DNA of 64,000 nucleotides from Amoebophrya sp. A120 (taxonomy: Eukaryota; Protista; Dinoflagellata): contig CAJINV010000003.1 of NCBI GenBank assembly GCA_905178155.1, positions 7,983,882 to 8,047,881 on the forward strand, in the 5' to 3' direction. A model generated the notes under the pieces. The model was not told the DNA's origin. It ran no database searches and saw only the letters and a list, made by a program, of their open reading frames with translations. Shown here piece by piece: positions 1 to 11,717 of this stretch. Positions within the stretch are counted from its first letter, which is position 1, and each line of letters begins with the position of its first letter. The position numbers and the translations under genes are program-made.

Positions 1-325
1 TGCACTTGTACTCTATTCGTGTGGACCCCGGCTCAAAAGAGCGACCGCGCCACCGTTGCGGTTCCCGCCGCCCGCACGATCCCGGAGCGAGGAAGAGAGG
101 GACGAGGGTCGGCAGAGTGCGCGCCCGCGCTGTAAATTTTTGCGCTGAGTCGTGAGGACGAAGTTTGTGTTGAGTCGTGCCAAGGGCCACGGCAACTCGT
201 GTCTTGAGTATTCGCTAAGGTGGCGTCGCTACTGCAACCGAGCAACCGCGTGCGTTGGCAGACAGTACCCGATCGGGCCGAGCACTTCGCCCGGCACGAG
301 ACCCTCGCACGAGGAGTGGTAAAAA

Positions 326-3300
326 ATGGCGACCGATGACTCTGTTCGGAAGCAGCACGAGGCCTCCCTTGCCGCCAAAGCGACTGGGCGACGGAGATTC
401 GCCGACGCGGCTACGTTCGGGCAGGCCGTGATCGCGTCCCTTGGTTTTGCGGCCGGTCTTGTATTCTATCACCTTCTCCTGGGGCGACCCGGCACTGGCC
501 AGGGTGTGGGTAGAAAACAAGGGGAAGTCTACCCCAATGAACCGGCGCGCGAACCGGGATTACCTTCTCGCGACCCAGCGTTGCGAGGAGATGATAAAGC
601 GGAGCCTGGCGACGCGGGTCGCAACCTCCGGGCCAAAACGTTTCTCGACGAGCAGGGCGCTGCGGCGCCGCAGAATAAGAGCGGCTCAGCCATGCTTCGG
701 GCTCCGTTTGCATACGAGCTTCTGCTGGAGCAAATTGAGCGGAACGAAGCAGAGATCGACTGGGCCACCGGTGTGCCGGCACAGGAGCCTCCCTCCCCTG
801 CGCATTCCGTTTCCGTCTCCCCGTCCGGGCTCGTCGAGGGAGAGGCAAGCTCGTTCGCGCAAGCCGCGCCCGAGCACTTCGACGTCGTTGTGGTGGGATC
901 CGGAGGTGGACTGAAGATCGCGCACTTCGCACGCGGACTCGGGCTCAAAGTCGCAGTTATCGAAAAGGGATTTTGGACCGCGGGCTGGGACGCGCAGACT
1001 TACCGCCGCGTTGAGAAGGATCGATGGTACTACGACGTTCGAAAGTGTTATAATATGGACGGCTTCTCCCAATGCTTGCATCGGCACAGATACGTATCAA
1101 GTTCAAGGGGGAGATCCTTCATCGTTCGTACAGATCCGCATATGCTGTTCAGAGCAATAAATCAATAGCATCATATAATATTTTCAAAACAGGCTTCCTG
1201 GGCTCGGTGGTACGTGCCTGACCCGCGGCTGTCTACCTTCGAAGATGTGGATTCACCAGGCTGATGCCAGTTTGCGATGGGAGTACGCATTGCAAAAGTA
1301 GAAGTGCTGTTTTTTCTCTCGGACATTGAAGCCGAAGAAGTCTTTTCATGGCAAGTCCAAGCATGCAGCTGGCTGCTCTGGCGCTCAAGGAGGATTCAAG
1401 GAGGGTTTCATGTCCTTGCGCCACGGGACAATACGCTCTACTTTTGCATTGGATAAGACCGACCAGCGCGCGATGTTCAATGGAACAGAGAAAAATGAGC
1501 AGGACTATCCGGTGTGAGCACGGTCCACCCATTCCAGTAAGTGAGATATTGTCTTGCCCGAAGCGTGCATGAAAGTAGATCTGTAATCTTTTCGATTTTC
1601 CTGATCGAAATTCGCATCTGGTTCTTCACCTCTCAGACTCTGGCTATATGCGTGGCGGACAAATAACATGCTTAGCTTTGTTGAAAAATCCATGTAAGAA
1701 AACATGGCTAGACCTGGATTGTCACGGCTCTATCGGATGGGTAGGCCTCGCCCAAGCCGAAGCGTGGAAGCGGGGACCCTCGCACCACGGAAGTAAAGTT
1801 CGGTATATGTACTGGACAGGAAGGTGGGACTCTTGCAACAGTATAGCAGGCAACCCGTGTTTACCGACCGGAAGCGGCTGGCCGTGTTCGACCCGCACGG
1901 GCATCGTTTGAACGAGGAAGAACGCAAGGAAGGTGGTCCGAAAAATGAGGATGATCCAATGGCCCGGCCGGATAACGCCGACGAGCGCTTGCAGAGGGCA
2001 CGTGAGATCTTTGACAAGCGTTTGAACAGCTTGAGTGACGATTTGGGTAGCAACTGGACTAACTTTTTCGCGGGCGACTCCCGGCGGGAGTCGCACCTGT
2101 ACATTGGGCACGCAAAGTTCGTCGCGCCCTACGAAATGAGAGTCGTCAGCACCATGCCAACTGGCAGCGGCGTCCCGCGGAGTGTGCAGGTTTCGGGTAC
2201 TTATTTCTTTCTCGCCCCCGGCGGCCGGCCGCTTATTCCCGACATCCCCAACTTGCCCAACGTTCCGTACTTAACAAGTACCGAGGTGCTGCGCCAGGCC
2301 GCAGACAGGGCGTGGCGATGGCCGACCAACGGCAAGACGCTCATCGTCGGGTATCGCGTTGAACCGAGGCCCACTCCAAAGCCTGTACTTCGCTGCGCAC
2401 CTTCAACCACTCACATGGCATCCACTTAAGTACGTGCATTGCGCCATCGAGAGGAAAGATTTCTTTACACACTGACCTCGAAGCAAGTGGTCATATTGCT
2501 CTGCTACTAAGAAAGAAAGAATTTTTAGAACGAAAGAAAGTCCATGCTTGCTCTCTTGCAGCGTAAAAATCGGCTCCAATAGGCGGAAGCGTAAGAAGCT
2601 CACGCTAGCCACGGGACTGCAACCAGGCCAATATTTGTTTTATCGGCGTAATTTTTCAATTTACCGGTTTCTGGGGTGGGCTCCTGTTTCTTTGCGGTAC
2701 CGCTGCCAGTTACATTGCGGTGGAGCTTGCGCACGCGATCCGCATTGCACATAAAGACCCAGACTCCAAGCCCGTCTCCCTCTTTTGCCGGAGTGAAGTA
2801 CTTGGATCCATTGCAAATAAATGGGCACGGCAGCGTATGAACGAGGCGTTCTTCAGCGAGTGGCACGATATGCATCACAACATAGACAAGTACACCGGTG
2901 TGGCGTACAAACTATCACACCAAGAAGCGTTGTAGAGCGTAAAAATGGGACAAAGATTTGTGGATAGAAACATCATAATGCATTCGTAGAAAATAAGTCC
3001 GCTCTAATATTATAATCACCGTGCAAAAGAGCAGCGAACTTCGAAAGTAAATGCACGAAAGCTTTTCACCTTTTGACGTCGTTCTACTACGCTCCGGTGT
3101 GATACAAGCCAGACGCCACCGGCAGGAACGTCTTCACCCTAACGTACACGAAAAAGAACGATCCGACGAAGCGCACGTACCACGTATCTGGCGACATGCT
3201 CATCGTGGCCGCCGGTTGGTACATGAACTCGGACACGCTGGACCTGGCAAAAGGCGGCATCAAGACGCGAGGTGACCTGGCGATGGAAGCGGGCGTCACA

Positions 3301-4510
3301 AAAGCAGCAACGCTGAACGCACTGAACCAGTTTATCAAAGTCAACCCCGACACACTCGAGACCACACAGCGAGGTGTGTGGGCGCTCGGCGACATCACCG
3401 GGTTTTGGCAGTTTCGCCACGCCGTCAACGCGGAAGCGCAGTACCTAAAGGCGCACGTCATCCTGCCTCTCGCTCTCAGTTTGTGCGACAAAGCGGATGC
3501 CGAGTGCACGAGCACGGTGCAACAGCGCTCCAAAAATGCCGCTGTATCAAGCGCGCAGCCGCCTTTTGGGGATAACTCTGCAGCAGCATCGCGCAAAGAA
3601 TTTTTGAACAGCTTGCAGCAACCAAAGTGCCCGAATATGAAATTCAAAAGCAAAAGTCGTGCCGGGACGAGTGCATGAAGTTATCTTTCATTTCATTTGT
3701 ACTTAACTGCTACTATCCCACGCTCGCACTCTCTTTGCAGGCATGACGGTACTTTTATTTCCAGACTCGCACGGTGCAGCCCCAGCGCGCCACTTGCTTA
3801 CCCGAAAGACGTCATTGTTTGCACCACAGTGTAGTTTTTCTTTCTCGCCGGTCTCGTGCTGTGCAACTGGTGCAACACAGAGTCAGAACATGAAAAACTT
3901 GTCTCATCATGCAGAACTTTTGTGCGCCGGCTACGACCTGCGTTTGCCTTTTTGCTGCATACGGACCACGCAGCAAGACAATTTTCTGGGCATGCCCTGG
4001 GCCGTGTTTTCGGGCGAGGTTGCGGGGGTCGGACGCATGCCCGACGATGTAGAGGTTCCAACGGAGGACGGGACTCCGACCCGGCCCTGCGCGAGCGAAC
4101 GCTGGTTGCTGGGGTCCTCCAGGCAGGTGCAGCCCCGAACCCCCCCGGAGTGTCCCTACGTCTACGGCATCGTTGAGTATCCAAATTATCCACTGGGCGT
4201 CGCGTCCTTCGACAAACACGGCGCTTTGGTTCTCGGAGTGGAGCGGAGCTCGCGACGCATTGTCTCCGTCCTGGTCTACGGGCACGACGCCGCAGCGGTA
4301 CTACACTTGTTCCTGCCCACCATCCAGTACGGCCAAGGCTTGCTCGACACCTTCCTTGACGCCATCTACGTCCACCCGGCCCTGCCAGAGATTGTGCGTT
4401 ACGCCGCAGAGGATGCCCGCGACGAGCTGTTCAAAGATCACACTCGCGATCAGTTTTCGAATGTGGAAGAGACGATAGTAGACGAGGAAATGCACGACTG
4501 CAACGTCTGA
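326..4510 (+). CDS. Class-I pyridine nucleotide-disulfide oxidoreductase (mycothione reductase/dihydrolipoamide dehydrogenase-like), about 7 exons, N-terminal hydrophobic anchor
   Basis: Spliced motifs in order: FDVVVVGSGGG (FAD); GGTCLTRGCLPSK (redox CxxxxC, after GT-AG intron 1027-1192); APGGRP..P; LIVG(AS)YIAVELA; VWALGD..FRHAVNAEA; MPWAVFS; YVHPALPE. Other introns at about 1266-1466, 1512-1823, 2351-2703, 2900-3108, 3650-3960 (boundaries approximate). Confidence 0.9.
1291..1448. repeat. Intronic inverted repeat, 12 bp perfect
   Basis: TGCAAAAGTAGA (1291-1302) versus TCTACTTTTGCA (1437-1448). Confidence 0.8.
2906..3107. repeat. Intronic inverted repeat with TACAA direct repeat
   Basis: TATCACACC..AGCGT.GTAGAGCG (from 2913) pairs with CGTTCTAC.ACGCT..GGTGTGATA (to 3104). 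TACAA at 2906-2910 and 3103-3107. Confidence 0.85.
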
Positions 4511-5486
4511 TAAACGCCGGTCTTCGCTGCAGTCGAGCTTTTTTTTCCAAAGCTTTATTTCGTGGCGAAGCCGGATCACTTTCTCCAATTTGTCTCCGGG
4601 AGGGGATGCTGAGCTGCGCGGTGCCGCACGGTTGCCGCCGCAGAAGGTTGTTTGGTAGCTGCAGGGGGATTCGACGACCATCGTGCCCCGGAAAAATCAT
4701 ATGTGATAAATTCATTGCAGAACGTGCCGTGCTAACGCTAAGCAGTGGGACTGTTTTCGTTCTTGAGTAGTACAGTGACGTCGGCGAGATTTTGCATCTC
4801 GTTTGGACTGATTTTCGCTTTAATATTTCCTGCTGCAGCACATCTCTATGCCTTCCAGTCCTCATCACTAAAGATGGTGCGTGCCGCTGGAGGATTAGGA
4901 ATAGTACTTACCATGTTTCTAGAATTATGTGTTTCTAAGCGCGGCCGGAGTGTTGCTCGACTGCCGAGTGGCAGTGGAACACGTCGGCTTACGTCGTTCT
5001 CTTATAGATGCAAATATGATAGACAACGTTGTAGTTGCAAAATTGCACATATAAAGATGATGGGCAACTTTTTTAAACAAGCGCAGCGCATTATTCACAC
5101 CGAGGAAAAAGTACAGAAGATTTGACCGGTCGAATGCTGGTCGGACCCGCGTTCATCAATCTCGCATTCAGGTGGCACCGAAGCAGAGAAGACGAGCGTG
5201 GACAGATGTCTTAAGCCACAAAATTCTGTAAGTAGTGATAGACTTGAGTGAGCTGTCGTTGCGCTGCGAAGAGGAAAACGCAGAATGTAGACAGATCACA
5301 AATGCAAACAGAAGGCCCGTCCTCCTCAAAATCAAATACGCGGCCTACGCTCCTAGGAAAGCAGTAAAAGCGGTTTTGCAAAAGCAGCGCGACCCTCCAT
5401 GGCGAGGCCTGATCAGCGAGCGAACATTTTTTCGTAGACCACTAGAAATCTTATATCCCTCATCTCAGCAGCAGTGGTGCGCGGTC

Positions 5487-7612
5487 ATGGCTCAGCCAGC
5501 GGATAGTACGGCCGACGCGCTGATTTCTTTCGGGAATTTGGACGCGGTCGTGAAGAACATTATGGGAAAGTTCGCGGCACTGGAAAGTGTGGTGGAGAAG
5601 GTCCAGGTGCAGCAGAAGGACCAGGGCCGGCGTCTGGACCGGGAGTGCGTCCTATCTCACAGAAAAACGCTAACAGGGCATATAGTTATTGGTAATGCAA
5701 AAAAAACTTCTACACTCGATAAGCGATAGATACTTGCGTGAAAAAATCTGTCTTTTACAATCTAAGCGCCACGCTTGGGGCCTGCCCATGACCACAGACT
5801 TTTCTTTTGCTTGTGCCTTACATTGCTAGCTTTCTCGGGGATACGTCCAGGAGCGAAAGCAGTTAGAGAAGCGGGTCACGGCCGTGGAGCAGCACGGTCA
5901 GCAGTTGACCGCCGTATCCGAGCACCGACACCGCGACCTGGAGCGGCTGACGCAGGAGATGCGCACCTGGAACGAGCAGCGGCAGGAGCTCGCCCGGAAG
6001 GTGGACTTCTTGGAAAAGGAAATGCTGCTGCTCGGGAATCTGGTCGAATCCACGCGAACGCAGATGCGGGAAAAGGCCGGACTGGGGGAGTTCGCGATGC
6101 TGGAGTCGAAGCTGGGGACGCTGAGCAGCAAGGAGGATCTGCAGCAGGTGCAAAAAACGCTGACGCAATTTACGCGGGTGGAGCAGACGGAGCGGTTGGC
6201 GGGGCTGATCAAGCTGGCCGAGGAGCGCGCCGACGAGGCGGCAAGTCGGGCCTACGTGGGAACGCAGATCGCGGCGGCGCGCGACGATCTCGTCCAAGGG
6301 CTGCTCGAAACCGGGTACGCCGGGAAACGCGAAACGGAAGACGCTCTGAGCCAGCTTCAGAAGAACCACACCGACTTGGAGCGAAATCTCGACCGGTTCG
6401 AGCAGTTCCAGCAGGAGGAGCTGAAGGCCCTGCGCGAGGGCGCGACCGACTTCCGGGAGTTTTGCGTGCAGGAGATCGAGGCGCGGGCGCGGCTCACGGA
6501 ACTTCAGGGACTGGAGCAGCTCGTGGAGGATTGCTACTTCCGGAAAGCCGAGTTTGAGGCTTTCCGGGGCAAGGTGCTGCAGGACGCTCGTGAGGCCCGG
6601 GACGCGGAGCGGAAGACCGAAATGCGCATGGAGCAGCACGCGGGCAGTTTGCAGGCACTGCAGGCCGCGTTGCAGCTGAAAGCCAGCGAGAAGAATTTGG
6701 CGGCGCTCCAGGCCCTGGTAGAAACGGAGTGTCTGCAGGGGCTGCAGCGGAAATTTGAAGAGAGTTTCGGCAGGGTGCAGCAAACCGTGGACTTCTTCAC
6801 CGACAAGATCGAGCACTATCTGAACACCGAGGCCGAGCGGGTGTATGCATTGCAAAAATGTCTGGGTCTGGAAACCTCTCATGCTGAATGGCCATGATGG
6901 ATTGTGCCTTTTTGTGCAGTGCACCATGACAAAGCTTTCAAACGCTCTGTCATGCGCAGGACGCATTACTTTTGCATGACGAAAGTGTGGCGCTTTATTT
7001 GCTGCTCATGCAATACTAATACAGGTTTTTCTTTTTTGGGACTGCGGAACACGCAATACAGGTCCAACCTTTCCAGACCCAGACATATTTGCATTTGATA
7101 GGGTGCTGGGGTACCGGATTTACGACCCGCAGATTGACGCGCTGAACCACACCCTCGCGCAGAAGGCTAACATCGACGACCTTTCGCTGGTCCGTTCCAC
7201 GAAAACGGATTTTGAGGACTTTCAGCAGCTCGTGGACCGGGCGGAGATGCTGCATCGCCAGCTGGAGTACGTGGCAATTACGACGTTCGGTTTGTCGAAA
7301 CTGACACTGGCGCCGGAGGCGACGCTGGGTGTTGGCGGTGCCAGCGCGAAGCCGGCCGGGCTGGATCACAGCCGGGCTCTGGCGCAACAGAAGACCCAGA
7401 TTCTGATGCAGGCGGAGGCGCTTTGGCACTGGATCGTGCACGACAAGCCGCCGAGTGCGCTAGACAAACTCGTGCGAAAAACCCGAAGCCGCACCACCGC
7501 GGTCGGTCGCGCGCCAACGCGACCGACTACCAAACTGTCAGCGGTCGGGCCGCGCGGTTCGACAATTCTGCATACCGGAGGACCCTCGACGGTGAAAAAA
7601 TGCGCGGGATAA
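5487..7612 (+). CDS. Coiled-coil protein, 3 exons, unknown function
   Basis: Exon 5487-5642 joins ORF 5851-6840 through a GA-AG intron (5643-5850). It then joins the 7103-7612 ORF (acceptor at 7102 or 7132). E/Q/L/R heptad-rich with strong GC3 bias. Confidence 0.75.
6851..7093. repeat. Intronic inverted repeat, 23/24 bp
   Basis: TGCAAAAATGTCTGGGTCTGGAAA (6851-6874) versus the reverse complement of 7070-7093. Confidence 0.9.
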
Positions 7613-8165
7613 GAAGCAATAGGAATGCGGGCGTGGAGAGCTAGGTTGTAGAACCGCACTAATAATACAGTAGAAGTGTATATAAGAGTGAATGTTGAAT
7701 GAGCTGCATGCCGCGCTCCGCCAGCGTCGGCCAACATGTTGGTTTGGTTCGATTCTAAATCATGCGAGTGAGCGAGTAAGTAGAGCCATTTGTTTCGTTT
7801 GCATGCTGATGTTGTCATAGTCATGGAGTGCCAAAAGTTTGGTTAATTACATAGTGGCGCCGAGGATTTCTGCATGAAACATTGCTGCAAGTATCCGTTG
7901 GAAAGACTCAAGAGGTAGCTCTCATACACTGAATGTCCACCACCAGCACTAAATCCTTCGATGGCGTTGTTGCGGAGATCTGTTGGGTTTTTTGTGTTCA
8001 GTTGTATTCCTTGCGCTAGTGGACTTGCCGGAAGTGTGTCGTTGGCGAATCGATTTTGCTGGACGCAAAAAGTTTTTCGAAATGTTTATTAAGCGCGATC
8101 GTACTAGTCGTACTCGTACTCGTATCAGTTTCAGTAGCGAATCGTGAGGCTCAGTCGCATCGGCT

Positions 8166-9125
8166 ATGCAGATTCTCGAATGGCAGGATACACTGGGCCA
8201 GGGTGCTTTTGCAACTGTACGGCGTGCGATCGTCCGATTGCAATGCACCGACGCGACGCAGAGCAGTGTCGTTGCGGCCGTCAAGAGCATTTCTACGAAA
8301 TCGAAATCCACAACACCACGGGCCACACTTGGAGGGGTCCGCGAGGGCTCTCACCACGGAACGCGGCGCGAAATGCAAATTTTGGAGCAACTGCAGCACC
8401 CCTTCCTGCCCGTTCTGCTCGGCAGTGTGGCGAGGTCCGACGCCTTCCACTTGGCGTTCGCATACCCGCGCGAAATGTGCGACCTCGGCACGGTTCTCGA
8501 GATGCGCGGCGGCCGGGGTCTGCCCAGCGCGCGGGCGGTGGCCTGGTGCGGCCTGCAGGTAGCGGAGGCGCTGCACTACGTGCACTCCAAGCAGATCGTG
8601 CACCGGGATCTGAAGCCGGAAAACGTATTGCTGTCGCCGCTCGGCTACCTTCAAGTCATCGATTTCGGCGCGGCGAAACCGCTGGATGCGTGCTCGGGGC
8701 GAACCTATACCGTTTGCGGGTCGCCGGCCTACCTCGCGCCGGAGGTCCTACAGGAGCGGGGGCACGGTCTGCCCGTCGACTTGTGGCAATTAGGCGTGCT
8801 TCTGGCCGAGCTGTGGACCGGCAAGCCGCCGTTCGCTGGCGAAAGTCTGTACGAAGATATCCTGGAAGGCGCATTTTCAAGCGCATTTGCGGGGTTTTTG
8901 CGAAGTCACACCGAAGAAAGACACTCGAGACCACAAGACAGTCCGGTCGGGGAACAGCAGGATTTATCGGTCCTTGTCACGCGCATTCTCCTTCGGCGGA
9001 ATCCTCGCGACCGCCCGCTTGCCCAGAACGTGATTGCCCACAAAGTGTTTCAAGATTTCGACCTCGCGGCCATGAAGGAATTTCGGGGAGCATGCCCATT
9101 CCGACTGGAGGAGCTTGCCACGTAG
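8166..9125 (+). CDS. AGC-family (PKA/PKG-like) Ser/Thr protein kinase catalytic domain
   Basis: LGQGAFATV, AVK, HRDLKPEN, DFG, TYTVCGSPAYLAPE, DLWQLGV..GKPPF. The true start may be an upstream exon (ATG near 7933). Confidence 0.93.
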   Translation: MQILEWQDTLGQGAFATVRRAIVRLQCTDATQSSVVAAVKSISTKSKSTTPRATLGGVREGSHHGTRREMQILEQLQHPFLPVLLGSVARSDAFHLAFAYPREMCDLGTVLEMRGGRGLPSARAVAWCGLQVAEALHYVHSKQIVHRDLKPENVLLSPLGYLQVIDFGAAKPLDACSGRTYTVCGSPAYLAPEVLQERGHGLPVDLWQLGVLLAELWTGKPPFAGESLYEDILEGAFSSAFAGFLRSHTEERHSRPQDSPVGEQQDLSVLVTRILLRRNPRDRPLAQNVIAHKVFQDFDLAAMKEFRGACPFRLEELAT

Positions 9126-9544
9126 GGAATCTGGAGCAGGACGACGGACGCTTTTGCCGGCGGAGAAAAAAATGGCGCTGTGCTGGTAGCTTTTTCGCTT
9201 GTTCGTACAGGACACAACTGGTGCTGCGCTGTCCCCGCGTTGAAAAGGCTTTCGGAAATGCAAATGGAAGCAAGGCTGCGGCTCTGTTATTTGCCTTTCG
9301 TATTCTAGAAGAAGCAGGAGTAAGCCGTGCGACAATTCAGCAAGTCCAGCTAATTTTCTGTTTAGTACTCCTCGGAGTTACAGTAATGCAGGCTCCCGGG
9401 CCTTGCCTTTGTGTTCTTCTCTGCATATGGATATGCAAGTGGTAAGCCAAGCCTTATCTTGGTCGCGTCGCAAAAATAAATGGCGAGAAGAAAAGGGGAA
9501 CAAGGAGGAAATTCAAATCTGTTGCAAACGCAAATGTGCCACCC

Positions 9545-11685
9545 ATGATTCACTTTCAGCTGTTAAGCTCTCCTGCTGTGAGCCGTCAAAGATTGGCGCA
9601 CCGAAAGCAGTGTATGTCGTGGAGCCAGATGATCAACGATTTGTACGATGATGTTGATCTACTCTTTCATTGTAATAAGCAGCGCCACTTCCTTTTCGTG
9701 CTTAGACGTCCTCGTGGATAGTATCTTTCTATTAGTAACCTTCCGACGATGAAATAAGCCATCGCAGTAGCGTTGAGCGAATGCTTTTTCTTGGAAAAAA
9801 GAGGTAGTCATATTGGAGAAAGGAAGAAACACGGAAATGCGCGACGTACTCGCTGCATTGCAGCAGCTGCAGGAGCAGGATCATAGTCATGCTGTAACTG
9901 CGGGCAGCAAATGCTACGCGATTTGGTTTGTGTCCGGAACGCGGAAGCTTTACCATTGGCTCTGGGAGGAGGTAGAGGAAGGCTTCTTCATCGTTTCGAA
10001 ATCCGCGCCCAGCACGGAAAATCTGCAGCCGCTCCACATCTCCAGGACACTCTGCACGGGTGAGAAAGTACTTAAGAAGCATACCTGTTTTGCTAGTGTT
10101 ACAGTTAGTTTTATTCCGACCTCATGCTTATTGTTTAACCCGCTTAGGAGCCACACTTCGCAGTTGGGTATTGGTTCGCTCTTGATGACGTGCGCTTCGT
10201 CTGCTACCGGGGACAAAATTCAACTTCGACACATGAATGACACTGCAGAACTTCCGACGATTTTCACGTGTGCGGAGCAAGGTGCGGCGGAAGTGCACGA
10301 ATGGGAGAGCGAGTTGACGCGCATAGAACCCATCCCCGACCTGTTGGAGGCCCGGAAATTGCTTTCGGCGATCACGGAGTTGCAGCTGCGACTGGAGTAC
10401 CCGATTTTTGTTGCGGTTCCGGGAAAGCAACACGCGGGTGGGCAATCCAATGACCCCGGGGTCGCGTTTCTGGGGCTGCGCACTCTAATACCCGGAGACG
10501 AAAACCTTCGCCCTAATGTCTTTGCGCACGGCCTTCACGTCCTGGAAACCTTCGACGTTTCGAAGCCACAGACACTGCGTACGTAAAATAATTTTTTGTT
10601 TGTCTTCTTTTTTTTATTCATTATCATTTCACGAATGTTTGTTGACCCTATCGGGAGTTTCTTGTCTCGGAAATGAAATTACACCCTACCTGCAGCCTAC
10701 TCGAACTGCTACCTGCCGACCCTGCTTGGCGCGAGCGAGCAGGACGAGGTCGAGGTGAGTGCCCGGTTCGAGCTGGTGTCGGTGCATCCCTCGGGGTCGC
10801 TTCGCTGGAACCGAGGGCCGTTTTGCTGTCTGGACCTAACCTTCACGTCGCAGCCGGAGGGACAGCTGTTTCCGCTGCGGTATCCCGGCAACTGGGAGGC
10901 CAATGTGTACGTGCGCGGGGAAAGCGAAGACGATCTGGCCTGGCCGCACATTCGGTTGCTCAAGTACATCTTGTCGAAGCAAAACCAGTTGACGTCCTCC
11001 ACGTCCGCTGCGGCTGCAGCGCTGTCGCCGCAGCTGAAGCGCGCTCGAATCACTGGGGAAGCGGCACCGCAGCAGCAGGTCGGCAATGATAAAGGTGACC
11101 CGCAAGGAGCAGAGGCCGCGTCCGATAGTGGCAGAATAATAGGTGGAGAGCCGACGTTTCGAATCAACAGTGCGCGCGATCCATTGGTCTACCTGGACAT
11201 GGACACCTTTCTCAGTTCTGCGGCGTTCCACGACGATGATTTTGTGGACCTGTTGTGGCATTTTCTCGCCAAGCACCTGGCGTTTGCCACCGCGGCCACG
11301 GCCTCCGAATTGAAATCCACGATGAATCGCGCGTCCTCCCGGAACGCCGCGTCAGACGTAAACGGCACCAACGCGAGTATGCTATCTCTCGGTGTAAACG
11401 ACAGCTTTCTATTCCCGAGCGGGGCGGACTCTCCCACGGGAAACTTGTTCGCTAGTGCGCTGGAAGTAGACGGTGGCGGTTCCCCCGGCGAGGACCACGA
11501 GAAGCAGGAGGAGGTCCTTTTTTTTACAACCGCTCTCATTAATTGAGTATCGTCATCTTAGTTTTACACGAGAGGCAAATGCAAATCTTTGGCTATTGTA
11601 CGGTCTCGCTTTATCTGACACAACTTCTGGAGCCGAAAAAAACAGGAAATTGGGAAGTATAGCACGTCTGTGATGGCACTATGTA

Positions 11686-11717
<32 letters not shown>

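Noticed and set aside
1467-1536. Apparent in-frame TGA (1496-1498) if introns 1270-1466 and 1537-1819 are used, suggesting UGA recoding as reported for one Amoebophrya strain
   Set aside because: A stop-free path exists (GC-AG 1266-1466 and GT-AG 1512-1823). Long ORFs such as WDR7 contain many Trp codons and no TGA, and all three stops end genes normally. Still worth a cDNA check.
5863-6966. Long minus-strand ORFs (also 11564-12562, 28722-29459, 34065-34823, 59236-60048)
   Set aside because: Antisense shadows of GC3-rich + strand exons; no motifs.
6841-7132. GT-GG non-canonical intron 6841-7102 with a GGGTG repeat
   Set aside because: The canonical acceptor at 7132 also keeps frame (AER|IDAL), so non-canonical status is unproven. 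The same ambiguity applies to introns near 2900-3108, 3656-3977 and 10060-10248.
8099-8125. Short (TCGTAC)n repeat upstream of the kinase
   Set aside because: Only 3-4 imperfect units; an ordinary microsatellite.
8144-9445. 433-aa ORF overlapping the kinase
   Set aside because: Arg/Gly-rich alternative frame; the kinase frame carries all conserved motifs.
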